Positions 55,540-64,000 of a DNA stretch of 64,000 bases are shown here, piece by piece; the first letter of the stretch is position 1, and every line of letters begins with the position of its first letter. The notes beneath the pieces are model-generated. The model had not been told where the DNA came from and did no database searches. It saw nothing but the letters and a program-made list of their open reading frames with translations. The DNA is from Candidatus Latescibacterota bacterium (lineage in GTDB: Bacteria; Latescibacterota; UBA2968; UBA8231). The stretch lies in the NCBI GenBank assembly GCA_963422735.1, contig OY730476.1:1984001-2048000 (forward strand). The letters are read 5' to 3'. Both the position numbers and the translations under genes were made by a program.

Positions 55540-55556
55540 GAAACAGGCTACTAAAT

Positions 55557-55922
55557 ATGCCCAGCGACGCGCTTCGCCTGCGCAATATGCGCTTTTTTGC
55601 CTACCACGGGTTTTTCCCCGAAGAGACCGCACTCGGTCAGCACTACGAAGTCGACGTCGAACTCTACGGCGATTTTCGCCAAGCAGGACGCAACGACGAT
55701 ATTGACGCAGCGATTAACTATCCGGAGGTGTACGCGCTGGTGGCCGAGCAAGTCACCGGCTCGCCCTGTAAATTGGTCGAAACCCTCGCCGAGCGCATCG
55801 CCGAGAAGGTGGGTACCCACTGCGCCCCGGTCGAACTCATCGTCCGCGTACGCAAACCCAACCCCCCGGTCGCCGCGCACTTTGACGGCATCGAAATCGA
55901 AATACACCGTTCCTATGCCTGA
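55557..55922 (+). CDS. folB: Dihydroneopterin aldolase
   Basis: FFAYHG...EE...GQ, INY, LVETLAE, VRKPNPP. Confidence 0.93.
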   Translation: MPSDALRLRNMRFFAYHGFFPEETALGQHYEVDVELYGDFRQAGRNDDIDAAINYPEVYALVAEQVTGSPCKLVETLAERIAEKVGTHCAPVELIVRVRKPNPPVAAHFDGIEIEIHRSYA

Positions 55923-56427
55923 GCGAGCCTATATAGCCATCGGCAGCAACCTCGGCGACCGTCGGGCGTACCTCGAAGCCGGGATCAGGGAAGTAGCCGC
56001 GCTCCCCGGCACGCGCCTCGCGGCGACCTCCCGCGCCTACGAAACCCGGCCGCTGGGGCCGGTCGCGCAACCGGATTTCCTCAACGCTGTCTTTGCTATA
56101 GAAACTTCGCTCACCCCCGAGCCGCTGCTAGCAGCCCTGCTCGCCGCAGAAAAAAAACACCAGCGGCAACGCCACATTCACTGGGGGCCGCGCACTCTCG
56201 ATCTCGACCTTCTCCTCTATGGAGAGCGCATCGTCGAAAGCGCGGATCTGACCCTGCCGCATCCGCGCATGAACGAGCGCCGCTTCGTGCTAGTGCCCCT
56301 CTGCGAAATCGCCCCTGACCTGCACCATCCCATCACCAGCCTACCCTTCGCTACCCACCTCGCCGCACTCGCTGACGGCGGGGACGCCCGCACCGTCGGC
56401 CCTCTCACCCTCCCCACCATTCCATGA
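55915..56427 (+). CDS. folK: 2-amino-4-hydroxy-6-hydroxymethyldihydropteridine diphosphokinase
   Basis: YIAIGSNLG, FLNAV, WGPRTLDLDLL, LPHP...R.FVL.PL. Confidence 0.95.
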   Translation: MPERAYIAIGSNLGDRRAYLEAGIREVAALPGTRLAATSRAYETRPLGPVAQPDFLNAVFAIETSLTPEPLLAALLAAEKKHQRQRHIHWGPRTLDLDLLLYGERIVESADLTLPHPRMNERRFVLVPLCEIAPDLHHPITSLPFATHLAALADGGDARTVGPLTLPTIP

Positions 56428-57278
56428 AACGCATACACACAGTCGCGGAAATGCAGGCTCAGTCCGACGCTTGGCGCGGCGCGGATTTGTGCATCGGGCT
56501 GGTGCCGACGATGGGGTTTTTGCACGAGGGGCATCTCAGCTTGGTCGATCACAGCCTTGAAGCCGCGGCTCGCACGGTCGTCAGTATCTTCGTCAATCCG
56601 CTGCAATTCGGACCGAAAGAAGACTACGCCATCTATCCGCGCGACATGGAGCGCGACCTCGACCTGCTGTCTCGCCGCGGGGTCGATGCGGTCTTCCACC
56701 CGCGGACAGCGGAATTCTATCCCTCCGATTTCTCGACCTTCGTCGAGGTCGAAGAGCTAACCAAGGGCCTGTGCGGCCCTTTTCGCCCCGGGCACTTCCG
56801 CGGCGTCACCACCGTAGTGACCAAGCTATTCACCGCTGTCAAACCGCACCTAGCCGTCTTCGGCCAGAAAGACTACCAGCAGGCGACCGTCATTCGCCGG
56901 TTAGTGCGCGATTTGAATTTGGATTTGCGCATCGAGGTCGCTCCCACCATGCGCGAGGCAGACGGCTTGGCCATGAGCTCGCGCAACATTCTTCTCAGCG
57001 CAGAGGACAGACAGCGTGCATCGGCCCTCTGCGAAGCGCTCACAATGGGCCGAGAACGGGTCGAACAGGGAGAGCGCGACGCCAGCCGGATCATAGCCGA
57101 GATGCGGGCGCATATCGAGCGCGCGCTCAGCCCGCGCATTGACTACATTTCTATCGCCCACCCGGACACGCTCGAAAGAGTGGCCCATATCACCGGCCCG
57201 GTCGTCCTTGCACTAGCCGTGCGCCTGTCCAACGTCCGGCTGATTGACAACATCGTCGCCGCGCCGATCGGCCACTAA
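56424..57278 (+). CDS. panC: Pantoate-beta-alanine ligase
   Basis: VPTMGFLHEGH, FVNPLQF, RPGHFRGV, FGQKD, GLAMSSRN, RLIDN. Confidence 0.96.
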   Translation: MKRIHTVAEMQAQSDAWRGADLCIGLVPTMGFLHEGHLSLVDHSLEAAARTVVSIFVNPLQFGPKEDYAIYPRDMERDLDLLSRRGVDAVFHPRTAEFYPSDFSTFVEVEELTKGLCGPFRPGHFRGVTTVVTKLFTAVKPHLAVFGQKDYQQATVIRRLVRDLNLDLRIEVAPTMREADGLAMSSRNILLSAEDRQRASALCEALTMGRERVEQGERDASRIIAEMRAHIERALSPRIDYISIAHPDTLERVAHITGPVVLALAVRLSNVRLIDNIVAAPIGH

Positions 57279-57312
57279 GTAGCCCACTCTCTTAAAGGGA
57301 GGACAAAACGCA

Positions 57313-57946
57313 ATGGCTTCGAATATCGCCAAAGTGGATAAGCGATTCTTGTGCCCTGGGTCGCCCCCGATGGCCTATAGGTCATCGGCCAAGGCGATCA
57401 CAAAGTGTACAAGTTGGATTATGAAACCGGCGAAACCTTGTTCGCAGCCCAGACCAATACGGTCCACGCCAGCGGCATTACCGCGGGGGGCGGGTATCTG
57501 TGGATCGCCTCTACCTATGAACCCAAAATCGCCAAACTAGAACTGGCAACGGGCCGCACCATCGCCAAATACGACTCGCCCGGTACCGGCATCGCAGCGC
57601 CTCGAGAGGGTATCGCAGACGCACACCCCACCGGCTCCCACGGCTTGGAATGGAAAGACGGCAAGCTGTATGTGGCCACGCCGCCCTCCCAAATGGTCCA
57701 CGTCATAAACCCCGACATCTCGGAAGAAGAACGCCAATTTCGCACCCCCGGCATCGCTTGGGGCCGAACGACAGGTTGTTGGTGGCCGGCACCGTCAGTC
57801 TGCTCGACACCAAGGATGGGCGAGTCTATGACGTCATCCGGGTGGCCGCCCCCGATGAGGTACACGGATTGACCGCGCACCAAGGCGTCTTGTGGTACTG
57901 CGACGCCCATACCCGCGACATTGGCACCCTAGAGTTGGAGGATTGA
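57313..57946 (+). pseudogene. Frameshifted beta-propeller protein (glutamine cyclotransferase/Vgb-like)
   Basis: Strong SD GGAGG and start MASNIAK; propeller motifs (SGITAGGGYLW, HGLEWKDGKLY, HGLTAHQGVLW) are split over more than one frame. Confidence 0.65.
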
Positions 57947-57948
57947 GT

Positions 57949-58011
57949 TCCCCGGACATCGTAGATGGTCAGGCGCACCGGGGCCGGCGCATGTATCTGA
58001 TAGGGAATCCT
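57949..58011 (-). pseudogene. Orphan fragment of a T9SS/FlgD-type C-terminal domain
   Basis: Minus strand reads RIPYQIHAPAPVRLTIYDVRG without the flanking parts of the domain. Confidence 0.55.
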
Positions 58012-58046
58012 CTTACTACACGACAGTAATCCAATGGCCGTTACGC

Positions 58047-58130
58047 ATGGGCTTCTTGCGCTGCGCTCAGCGCGACCTTGGGAAGCAGCGCACCAGCTCT
58101 TGTTATGCTGAGCAGAGCGCAGCAGCTCAT
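58047..58130. repeat. Degenerate inverted pair of CGTC-type REP-like units
   Basis: TGCGCTGCGCTCAGC (58057-58071) vs GCTGAGCAGAGCGCA (58107-58121); pairing extends imperfectly outward. Confidence 0.5.
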
Positions 58131-58170
58131 ACCCCTTCTACTGTCGTGTACTTAACGGTTAGTCCAACCT

Positions 58171-59760
58171 TCACCGGACCAGCATCAACCGGCGCGTCCG
58201 CGTCTCTCCACCCGCCTTCAACACGGCCCAATACGCCCCGCTGGCCGCGCGTTCACCGCTCCAGCGCGCCAAGTGCTTCCCGGCCGCGAGCCGCTCCGCC
58301 ACCAAAAGGGCCGTGCGCTGGCCCAAAGCATTGTATATCGCCAGTTCGATGTCCGCTTCCCTTGCCAAGCGAAAGGGTAGGTTCACCGCGCTATTGGCCG
58401 GGTTCGGATACGCCGGTGCCAAGTCACTGGCCCCGGCCCGCTCCTCGGCCTGCATGGCTACAACCGTGGGTGTAACATACCGGGCCGCGAGGACAAAATT
58501 TCCGCCCGTCGGCGAGGCTCTGCCGACGATAACCGTTGCGCTATCTACGTCCGTGGCCTGCACCTGCCCTGCGTTGTCCTCGCTAAGTTCCATCGCTACC
58601 AGCTCGCCGTGCTGGCCGCGCATGGCGTACACCCACACGGCATAGTGCCCCTCGGCCGCCCCGACGAAATCAACGGCTACATCGCCTTCCGAGCGAATGA
58701 TCACATTAGCCGCGCCCCATTGATCTCTGACCTCGCCAGCCAGTGCCGCGAAGGGGATCTCGGGCGCGGCAATCGCGGCTGCACGGCGGCCGCGCAGGGC
58801 CTCGTACCCAGCCGCATAGTTGGCCGCGATCCACAAGCGCCAAGCACCCGCGTAGTTCTCGATCCAGTCTTGACTTTTGAAAGCGTCGTCAATGCCCAAA
58901 ATGCCGTTGCGCGGCTCGGCGACGATTTGGCGAATCAGCCCCGGGCCATAGCGCTCGGCCAAAAATGAGGCGAACAAATAGGTCTTGCCGTAGCTTGCTG
59001 ACTCAAACGTCCAACTCGTTAGATTGCGGCTGGGATCCTCAAGAAAACTCGGCACCATGCGTGGATTGGCTTCGGGGAAACCCACCAACTCTTCGGCGTA
59101 TCCAGAAAGCCCTTCGTCAATCCATGCCTCCTCGTCGGAATCGCGGCCCCAGTGAATCAGGTGCTGGAATTCGTGCGCTAAAGTCGCGTGAGCGAGATAG
59201 GCACTGAAGACCAGCTTGTGCGCGTCGAGGTAAATCGTATCGCGCCGCAAGTCGGGCTGCGATACCCGGTCATACAGCGTACCGTCAAAATAGCCGACTA
59301 TCTCCTCGCCGGGCAGGTCCAAAATCAGGATAAAGATGCGGGGATCGCCGTCCTCATCAACAGGCTCGCCAAAGGCATCAACCGCTATTTCAAATATCCC
59401 GCGCTCGGGATCGGCCGGGGTCTCCGCGTCGAAAAGCGTACCCAGCTTATCCACATCCTCCTGGGCCGCTTTAATGTCCCACTGGCTCTCCTCGACGAAG
59501 ATATAGCAATGCGTCCCCTTGTAGCGGCAGGTGGCCCACTTGAGCACGGGTTCGGTCGGAGCGTAAAAGGCGAGTTGGGTCCCCACTTCAATGGGGCCCA
59601 GTTCTTGACTTGCCCCGACTGCCTTGGCGGCCGGCGTGGGGAAGGACACGCGGTGCTGATCGAGCCAACGCGTCCCGCAGATCCGCCCTTCGGCTGCGGC
59701 CGCCAACGGCAACGAGAGCATCCACGTGGCCAAGGCCACCCGCGAGAAAAAGCAGGCCAT
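58171..59760 (-). CDS. Secreted zinc metallopeptidase (M30/M6-like) with T9SS type A-like C-terminal domain
   Basis: Signal peptide, CGT propeptide motif, AHEFQH...W.DEGLS zincin motif, C-terminal YPNPAN...IYNALGQ...ASGAY; ATG overlaps the upstream stop. Confidence 0.82.
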   Translation of the reverse strand: MACFFSRVALATWMLSLPLAAAAEGRICGTRWLDQHRVSFPTPAAKAVGASQELGPIEVGTQLAFYAPTEPVLKWATCRYKGTHCYIFVEESQWDIKAAQEDVDKLGTLFDAETPADPERGIFEIAVDAFGEPVDEDGDPRIFILILDLPGEEIVGYFDGTLYDRVSQPDLRRDTIYLDAHKLVFSAYLAHATLAHEFQHLIHWGRDSDEEAWIDEGLSGYAEELVGFPEANPRMVPSFLEDPSRNLTSWTFESASYGKTYLFASFLAERYGPGLIRQIVAEPRNGILGIDDAFKSQDWIENYAGAWRLWIAANYAAGYEALRGRRAAAIAAPEIPFAALAGEVRDQWGAANVIIRSEGDVAVDFVGAAEGHYAVWVYAMRGQHGELVAMELSEDNAGQVQATDVDSATVIVGRASPTGGNFVLAARYVTPTVVAMQAEERAGASDLAPAYPNPANSAVNLPFRLAREADIELAIYNALGQRTALLVAERLAAGKHLARWSGERAASGAYWAVLKAGGETRTRRLMLVR

Positions 59761-60365
59761 CAGTAGAAATGCCGCACGAGGAAGAAAGCCGCTCCCGCAG
59801 GACCCACCACCACCTTGGGCGCGAAGCTGGTCTGAGCTTGATCCGCGCCAGCCACCCGCGCCGCATGGATAGCGGCCACGAGGTGATTGACAATTACCAA
59901 CCCCGTCATATAGAGCGCCTGCCGATGCGCGTGCTGGCTCGCATTGCGCAAACCTCGATAGCGCTGGCGCGACTCGCCGCGATCCCATTCCCAGAAGAAG
60001 TCCGCGTCCACAGGATATAGCTCTGCCTCTGGGCCGTCCTCGTAGCGGGCAAACTGGTTGTGCTCCAGCCGGCTCGCATAAAACCCCAAGTCGTCGAAAT
60101 ACTCGCGCCCCTTGCCCTCTGGCCGCGCACCCGCGCGTTCCGCCGCATGCGCCCGGTACTGATCGCGGCGCACTTGGCCCAGCCACTCAAAGCCCCAATA
60201 TCCGCCCCAAAGCGCCAACTCAGCGGCCAAAAAGCCACCGCCGCCGCTTTGGGCGTATTTCTGCCCCCAACCGGGCACCAGCAAGGAGCGCCAAAATGCC
60301 CCTTGGGCCTTCCCGGCCTCAGCCACGCCGGGCAGTAGCAAAACTAACGCAATCCATCGCCACAT
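59760..60365 (-). CDS. DUF5683-like hypothetical protein
   Basis: AFWRSLLVPGWGQ.Y motif; NHLVAAIHA. Confidence 0.7.
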   Translation of the reverse strand: MWRWIALVLLLPGVAEAGKAQGAFWRSLLVPGWGQKYAQSGGGGFLAAELALWGGYWGFEWLGQVRRDQYRAHAAERAGARPEGKGREYFDDLGFYASRLEHNQFARYEDGPEAELYPVDADFFWEWDRGESRQRYRGLRNASQHAHRQALYMTGLVIVNHLVAAIHAARVAGADQAQTSFAPKVVVGPAGAAFFLVRHFY

Positions 60366-60369
60366 CGGC

Positions 60370-61308
60370 TCAATCCAATGGCTTGTACGCCACGAGCATG
60401 GGCACGCGCGCCCGCACCCAAGGCTGCATGACCAACGCAAAGCGCGTCCGCCGCCGCAGGGCTGCTTCGTCTGCGCCCGCAGCGCGTACGCGCGCCACCC
60501 GCGCTGCATCAATGGCACTGATAACGTGGTTTATTAGAATGACTCCGCTTACCGTGGAGGCTCGCTTGAGAAAGCGATTGCTCTCGTCGCGTTGGTCTTC
60601 GTAACGGGGTCGTCGCGCGGAATGGAAATTTTCGACTGAATCGACTTCAGTAGGCTTGGCGGGATTGCCAGTACTGCGCCTCACTAGATCGGTCCAACCG
60701 GCTGCGAATTGGTCATATTTGCCAATCAACTCGTAGTATTGCTGGATCTGGCTCGGCGCACATTCGCCAAAAGCCGCACTACCCAGCCCACTTGATTTCT
60801 GCTGCTGCATCCACTCGTTTCGCGCCGGAATGTACACTTCGACGACTTGGCTGACTTGGCTACTACACGGCAACGCATGCGTGATTGACGAATTGTTCGA
60901 AATCGCCGAGCCTCGCCAAGCCAAATAGTTGTGCGGATTCCAGTGTTCGTCGGCTACTGCCCGGAACTCTTCCTCCACGTCGTTGCCCTTGCCCTTCCAA
61001 GCCACCCATAAGCCCACCAGTGCGGCTTCGGCCCCTAAGAACACCAACCCCCGCTTCTTCGACCCCGCATACCACTCGCCCAACCCCGGTACCAGCGCGG
61101 AAAGCAAAAACGCCCGCTTTGACGACTTGCCCTTGTGCGCCTCTGTGCGCGGCATCGGTGCCGGCTCAGGATCAGCACCACCTTCCACCGCCTGCAATCC
61201 CACCAAGAACGCCTGCCCCTCTTCACTCAAAATACTCGGCAATCCCTCAGCCCAGACGCTGGCGGCGGTTAGCGCGGCAACCAGCAGCGCGAGCCCTGTC
61301 CTCGTCAT
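60370..61308 (-). CDS. DUF5683-like hypothetical protein
   Basis: AFLLSALVPGLGEWY, QQYYELIGKYDQF, NHVISAIDA; SD AAGGAG. Confidence 0.72.
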   Translation of the reverse strand: MTRTGLALLVAALTAASVWAEGLPSILSEEGQAFLVGLQAVEGGADPEPAPMPRTEAHKGKSSKRAFLLSALVPGLGEWYAGSKKRGLVFLGAEAALVGLWVAWKGKGNDVEEEFRAVADEHWNPHNYLAWRGSAISNNSSITHALPCSSQVSQVVEVYIPARNEWMQQQKSSGLGSAAFGECAPSQIQQYYELIGKYDQFAAGWTDLVRRSTGNPAKPTEVDSVENFHSARRPRYEDQRDESNRFLKRASTVSGVILINHVISAIDAARVARVRAAGADEAALRRRTRFALVMQPWVRARVPMLVAYKPLD

Positions 61309-61391
61309 AAGAATCTCCTTTCTATTGCGGCAGCGCCCAACAGCGCGACCGGCTATTACACTCTAGTTGCCTTCACATTCGAGATGATTTC

Positions 61392-62250
61392 TCAACACAT
61401 TAGGGAAAGCGAGCGGGGAAGCGACTTGCCGTGACTTTTTTCGCCGGTTTTCCCGTTGTAGCTCGCCATGTACGAAAGCCCCTGGTCGTTCATGGCTTGC
61501 AGCGCGTCTGAGAACTCATCATAGCTCCCTGTGATCTCTCGTAAAGGACGTACCCTGATAGGGCGGGTCCAAGTAAATGAGGTCCTCTTTCGCAGCCTCT
61601 GCGACCACCTTGCGAAAAGCGACGTTTTTCCGGCGAGCAGCGAGTGCGCGGTGCGCTGCTTGGAGGTCCAGAACTCATTGACGAATACGGGGATGCCGTC
61701 GCATTCTTCGACGACCGTCTCCTTGTCGTAGCACCGCCATTGTTCAAGCTCGCGTTTGAACTCGTCGAGGGTCAGGCGATCACTATCGGTGAAAGGGAGT
61801 TGGCGTTCCCAGCAATTTGAGTGTTTTAGATCGATATACAGTATAGTTCCAGCGCCGAGCATTCCCCGTTCATACCAATAGCGAACAGTCGGCTCGAAGA
61901 TCTTCCATACGGGTATCTTGGAGAATTTCTCGACATCGCCGACGAATTAGCCTTCGATTTCGGACAACTTGGCCATGAAACCATCTTCGTCGAACTTACG
62001 ACCTGAACCGACCATGTAGCTGGGACAGAAATATATCTTGCTCGTTATGGATCGCACTCCCCACTTGTGACCATCTCCGTCGAGCAATCAAAACCCGCAC
62101 CTTCGCTTGGCGATAGCGTTCCTTGCAGATACGTCGTTCAAGAATGAATGAAACGTGATGTCGTCGATGAAGTATTTCCGTACTTCGCTTTGGGTAAGGT
62201 GCAAGGATTGGGCGACATTCTCCAAGTCCCACCCCAGACACCTACTTGCT
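61392..62250 (-). pseudogene. Decayed restriction-modification remnants (putative endonuclease plus DNA methyltransferase fragments)
   Basis: DLIYLDPPYQG motif (DPPY at 61569-61558); VNEFWTSKQR segment; nuclease-like frame with in-frame TAA at 61949-61947 and several frameshifts; visibly lower GC. Confidence 0.65.
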
Positions 62251-62297
62251 CAATCTCGATCGTGCGAATTCCTCCGATCCTATACAACAGTGCATCC

Positions 62298-64000
62298 CTA
62301 CAAATACCCGAACAACACGGTAAAATACGATTTCCAACGCCCCTTATCTCGCACCTCGTCAATCCCGTAAGCCACATCCACCTGTACCCGCGCCGGCACA
62401 CTGTAATAAGAAATCAAATCAAAACGCAACTGCCCCCCCACATCCCGCAGCGGGCCGTCGCGTCCATACCGTTCGTTCCACTCGCCTATATCTCGGTCCC
62501 AAGCCTTGCCCATGCTAGCGTACACCGCGCCATACACTTTGTCGAAATATAGCTGTGCAACGCGCTTGCCCATATCCGGTAGCAGGGGAAAGCGCAGCGT
62601 CGCCGTACCCATCAGGGCCTTGCGCCCCTCAGTGCTGTAAAAAGTATAGCCCTTCATAAAACTGAGGCCGCCGAGGCGGTAGTCGAAGAAATCGCCGACC
62701 CGCGTCGTGTCGTTCACCGCGTCGCTGTCGATCCAGCCGCCGTACAGCCGTAGGCCCAAGCGGGTATTGCCGGGCATGCCGATGTACTCTTTCCAATCGA
62801 CGGTAAATTGGTTGTAAAAGAGCTTGATATACTCCTCGTCGATAAAGGACGCCTGCTCGTTAAAGCCATCTAGAAAAAAGTTGAACATCCGGTCATAGCG
62901 CGCGTAGAGCTGGCGGCCCACAGGGCTTATATCGCGGTCACGCCGCCGCGCAATCAGCTCCATCCGATAGGCCAACCCCAAGCCAAAGCCATTGAGATAG
63001 GTATAGCCAAAGGGCCTTTGCCGCTGGCGCTCAAAGCCGATGCCGCCGTCTCGGCGCGGCATAAAAGCCTCCCATTGGACACTGGCATCGTAGCGGTCGT
63101 ACGTGGCCGAGGCCGTCAGCTCCCCATGGCGTCCCAACTTGCCGCGCACCCCCACGCCGAGCTGGCTCAAGCTGTAGTTGACGGCGTTGACAATGCCCGC
63201 CCGCGCCTCCGTGCTATCGCCGCGGGCCGAGCGCCGACGCTGGTTGAATACCTCTAAAAAGAAAGTGGGACGGAATCCCTTGAACTCGTATATAGCGAAC
63301 AGATCGCGGTCGGCATTGGCCGGCGCGATGGCACCCCCGGCGAATACGCTCTGGCGATTGAGCACATCGCCAGAGGTGAGGTACGCGCCCGCTTTGAAAT
63401 GCCCTTCATCTATGGCCAGCCTCGGCAGGATCCCGGTCTTGAGAAAGTCAATGCCATACGCTTGGGGCGCACTTGGCAAAGCGGGTGCAGACGCGCCGCG
63501 CCAATCCAGCGGCATGTCTTGAAAAAACCACGCATCTTCAGCCGCCACCGGCGTCCCCTCGTCCTGTAATCGGCGAATCTCAAAGCCAGCCGCCGTATAA
63601 GCCGCAAAGACGACCTCGCCCTCCGGGCCAACCGACGGGTTGAACGCGCCACCGATGGTGTTGGTTAGCTGCCGCAGCGCGAGCGTTTCCAAGCTCAGAG
63701 CATAGATATTGAAAATGCCGCTGAAATCCGACGCGAAGACAATCTCCTCGCCATCCGCGCTCCACGCTGGGTCGCGGTCTGTGCCGGGCGTAGCAATTAC
63801 CCGCCCGGTCCGTAGGGGCAACCCTTGTGGTTGCCCTATTGGATCACCAGCCCAATCGCCATCAGTCCCCAATTCCACCACGGCGATGTCGCGCTGTCCC
63901 TCGCGCGAGATCGCAAACGCCAGCTTGCGTCCGCCGGGCGAAAAGCGCGGCGTGTAGAGCTGGGTGCCGTCCGCGAAATGGGTTAGATAGCGCAGTCCCG
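62298..64000 (-). CDS. PD40/TolB beta-propeller plus BamA/TamA-like C-terminal barrel protein (5' part outside window)
   Basis: Frame is open to the window edge; PRFSPGG and PAWSADG repeats; LGGLSFMKGY loop-6-like motif; C-terminal YFTVLFGYL. Confidence 0.8.
   Translation of the reverse strand, partial: GLRYLTHFADGTQLYTPRFSPGGRKLAFAISREGQRDIAVVELGTDGDWAGDPIGQPQGLPLRTGRVIATPGTDRDPAWSADGEEIVFASDFSGIFNIYALSLETLALRQLTNTIGGAFNPSVGPEGEVVFAAYTAAGFEIRRLQDEGTPVAAEDAWFFQDMPLDWRGASAPALPSAPQAYGIDFLKTGILPRLAIDEGHFKAGAYLTSGDVLNRQSVFAGGAIAPANADRDLFAIYEFKGFRPTFFLEVFNQRRRSARGDSTEARAGIVNAVNYSLSQLGVGVRGKLGRHGELTASATYDRYDASVQWEAFMPRRDGGIGFERQRQRPFGYTYLNGFGLGLAYRMELIARRRDRDISPVGRQLYARYDRMFNFFLDGFNEQASFIDEEYIKLFYNQFTVDWKEYIGMPGNTRLGLRLYGGWIDSDAVNDTTRVGDFFDYRLGGLSFMKGYTFYSTEGRKALMGTATLRFPLLPDMGKRVAQLYFDKVYGAVYASMGKAWDRDIGEWNERYGRDGPLRDVGGQLRFDLISYYSVPARVQVDVAYGIDEVRDKGRWKSYFTVLFGYL
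63812..63836 (+). repeat. GTAG-type REP palindrome inside a coding sequence
   Basis: GTAG + GGGCAACC-CTTGT-GGTTGCCC; the minus strand encodes GQPQGLPL. Confidence 0.8.

Overview
GC-rich bacterial chromosomal window with about 55 genes. It mixes housekeeping clusters (ilvBN, ppdK-parAB, ligA, argR-argB-argD-argH, tilS-ftsH-folP-cdaA, lexA, era-purD-folB-folK-panC) with many envelope and secreted-protein genes: FlgD/T9SS-type C-terminal domains, a PorV-like barrel, a TonB-dependent receptor, a PD40+BamA-like protein and lipoproteins. The gene content and the C-terminal SWG(R/K)xK motifs suggest a Latescibacterota/Poribacteria-like FCB-group organism (inference only). I recognised no tRNA, rRNA, CRISPR array, intact transposase or recombinase. 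The strongest candidate for an undescribed system is a 332-bp segment (3647-3978) bounded by a perfect 19-bp inverted repeat. It encloses a complete sigma70-like promoter aimed at a secreted protein with an unusual C-terminal sorting-like motif, so it may be an invertible, phase-variable promoter. Other notable items: a GTAG-type REP read in-frame inside a protein, a candidate LexA box, twin enolase-superfamily genes coupled to the arg operon, a decayed restriction-modification island and an orphan sorting-domain fragment. Family assignments come from motif recognition by eye; no searches were run.
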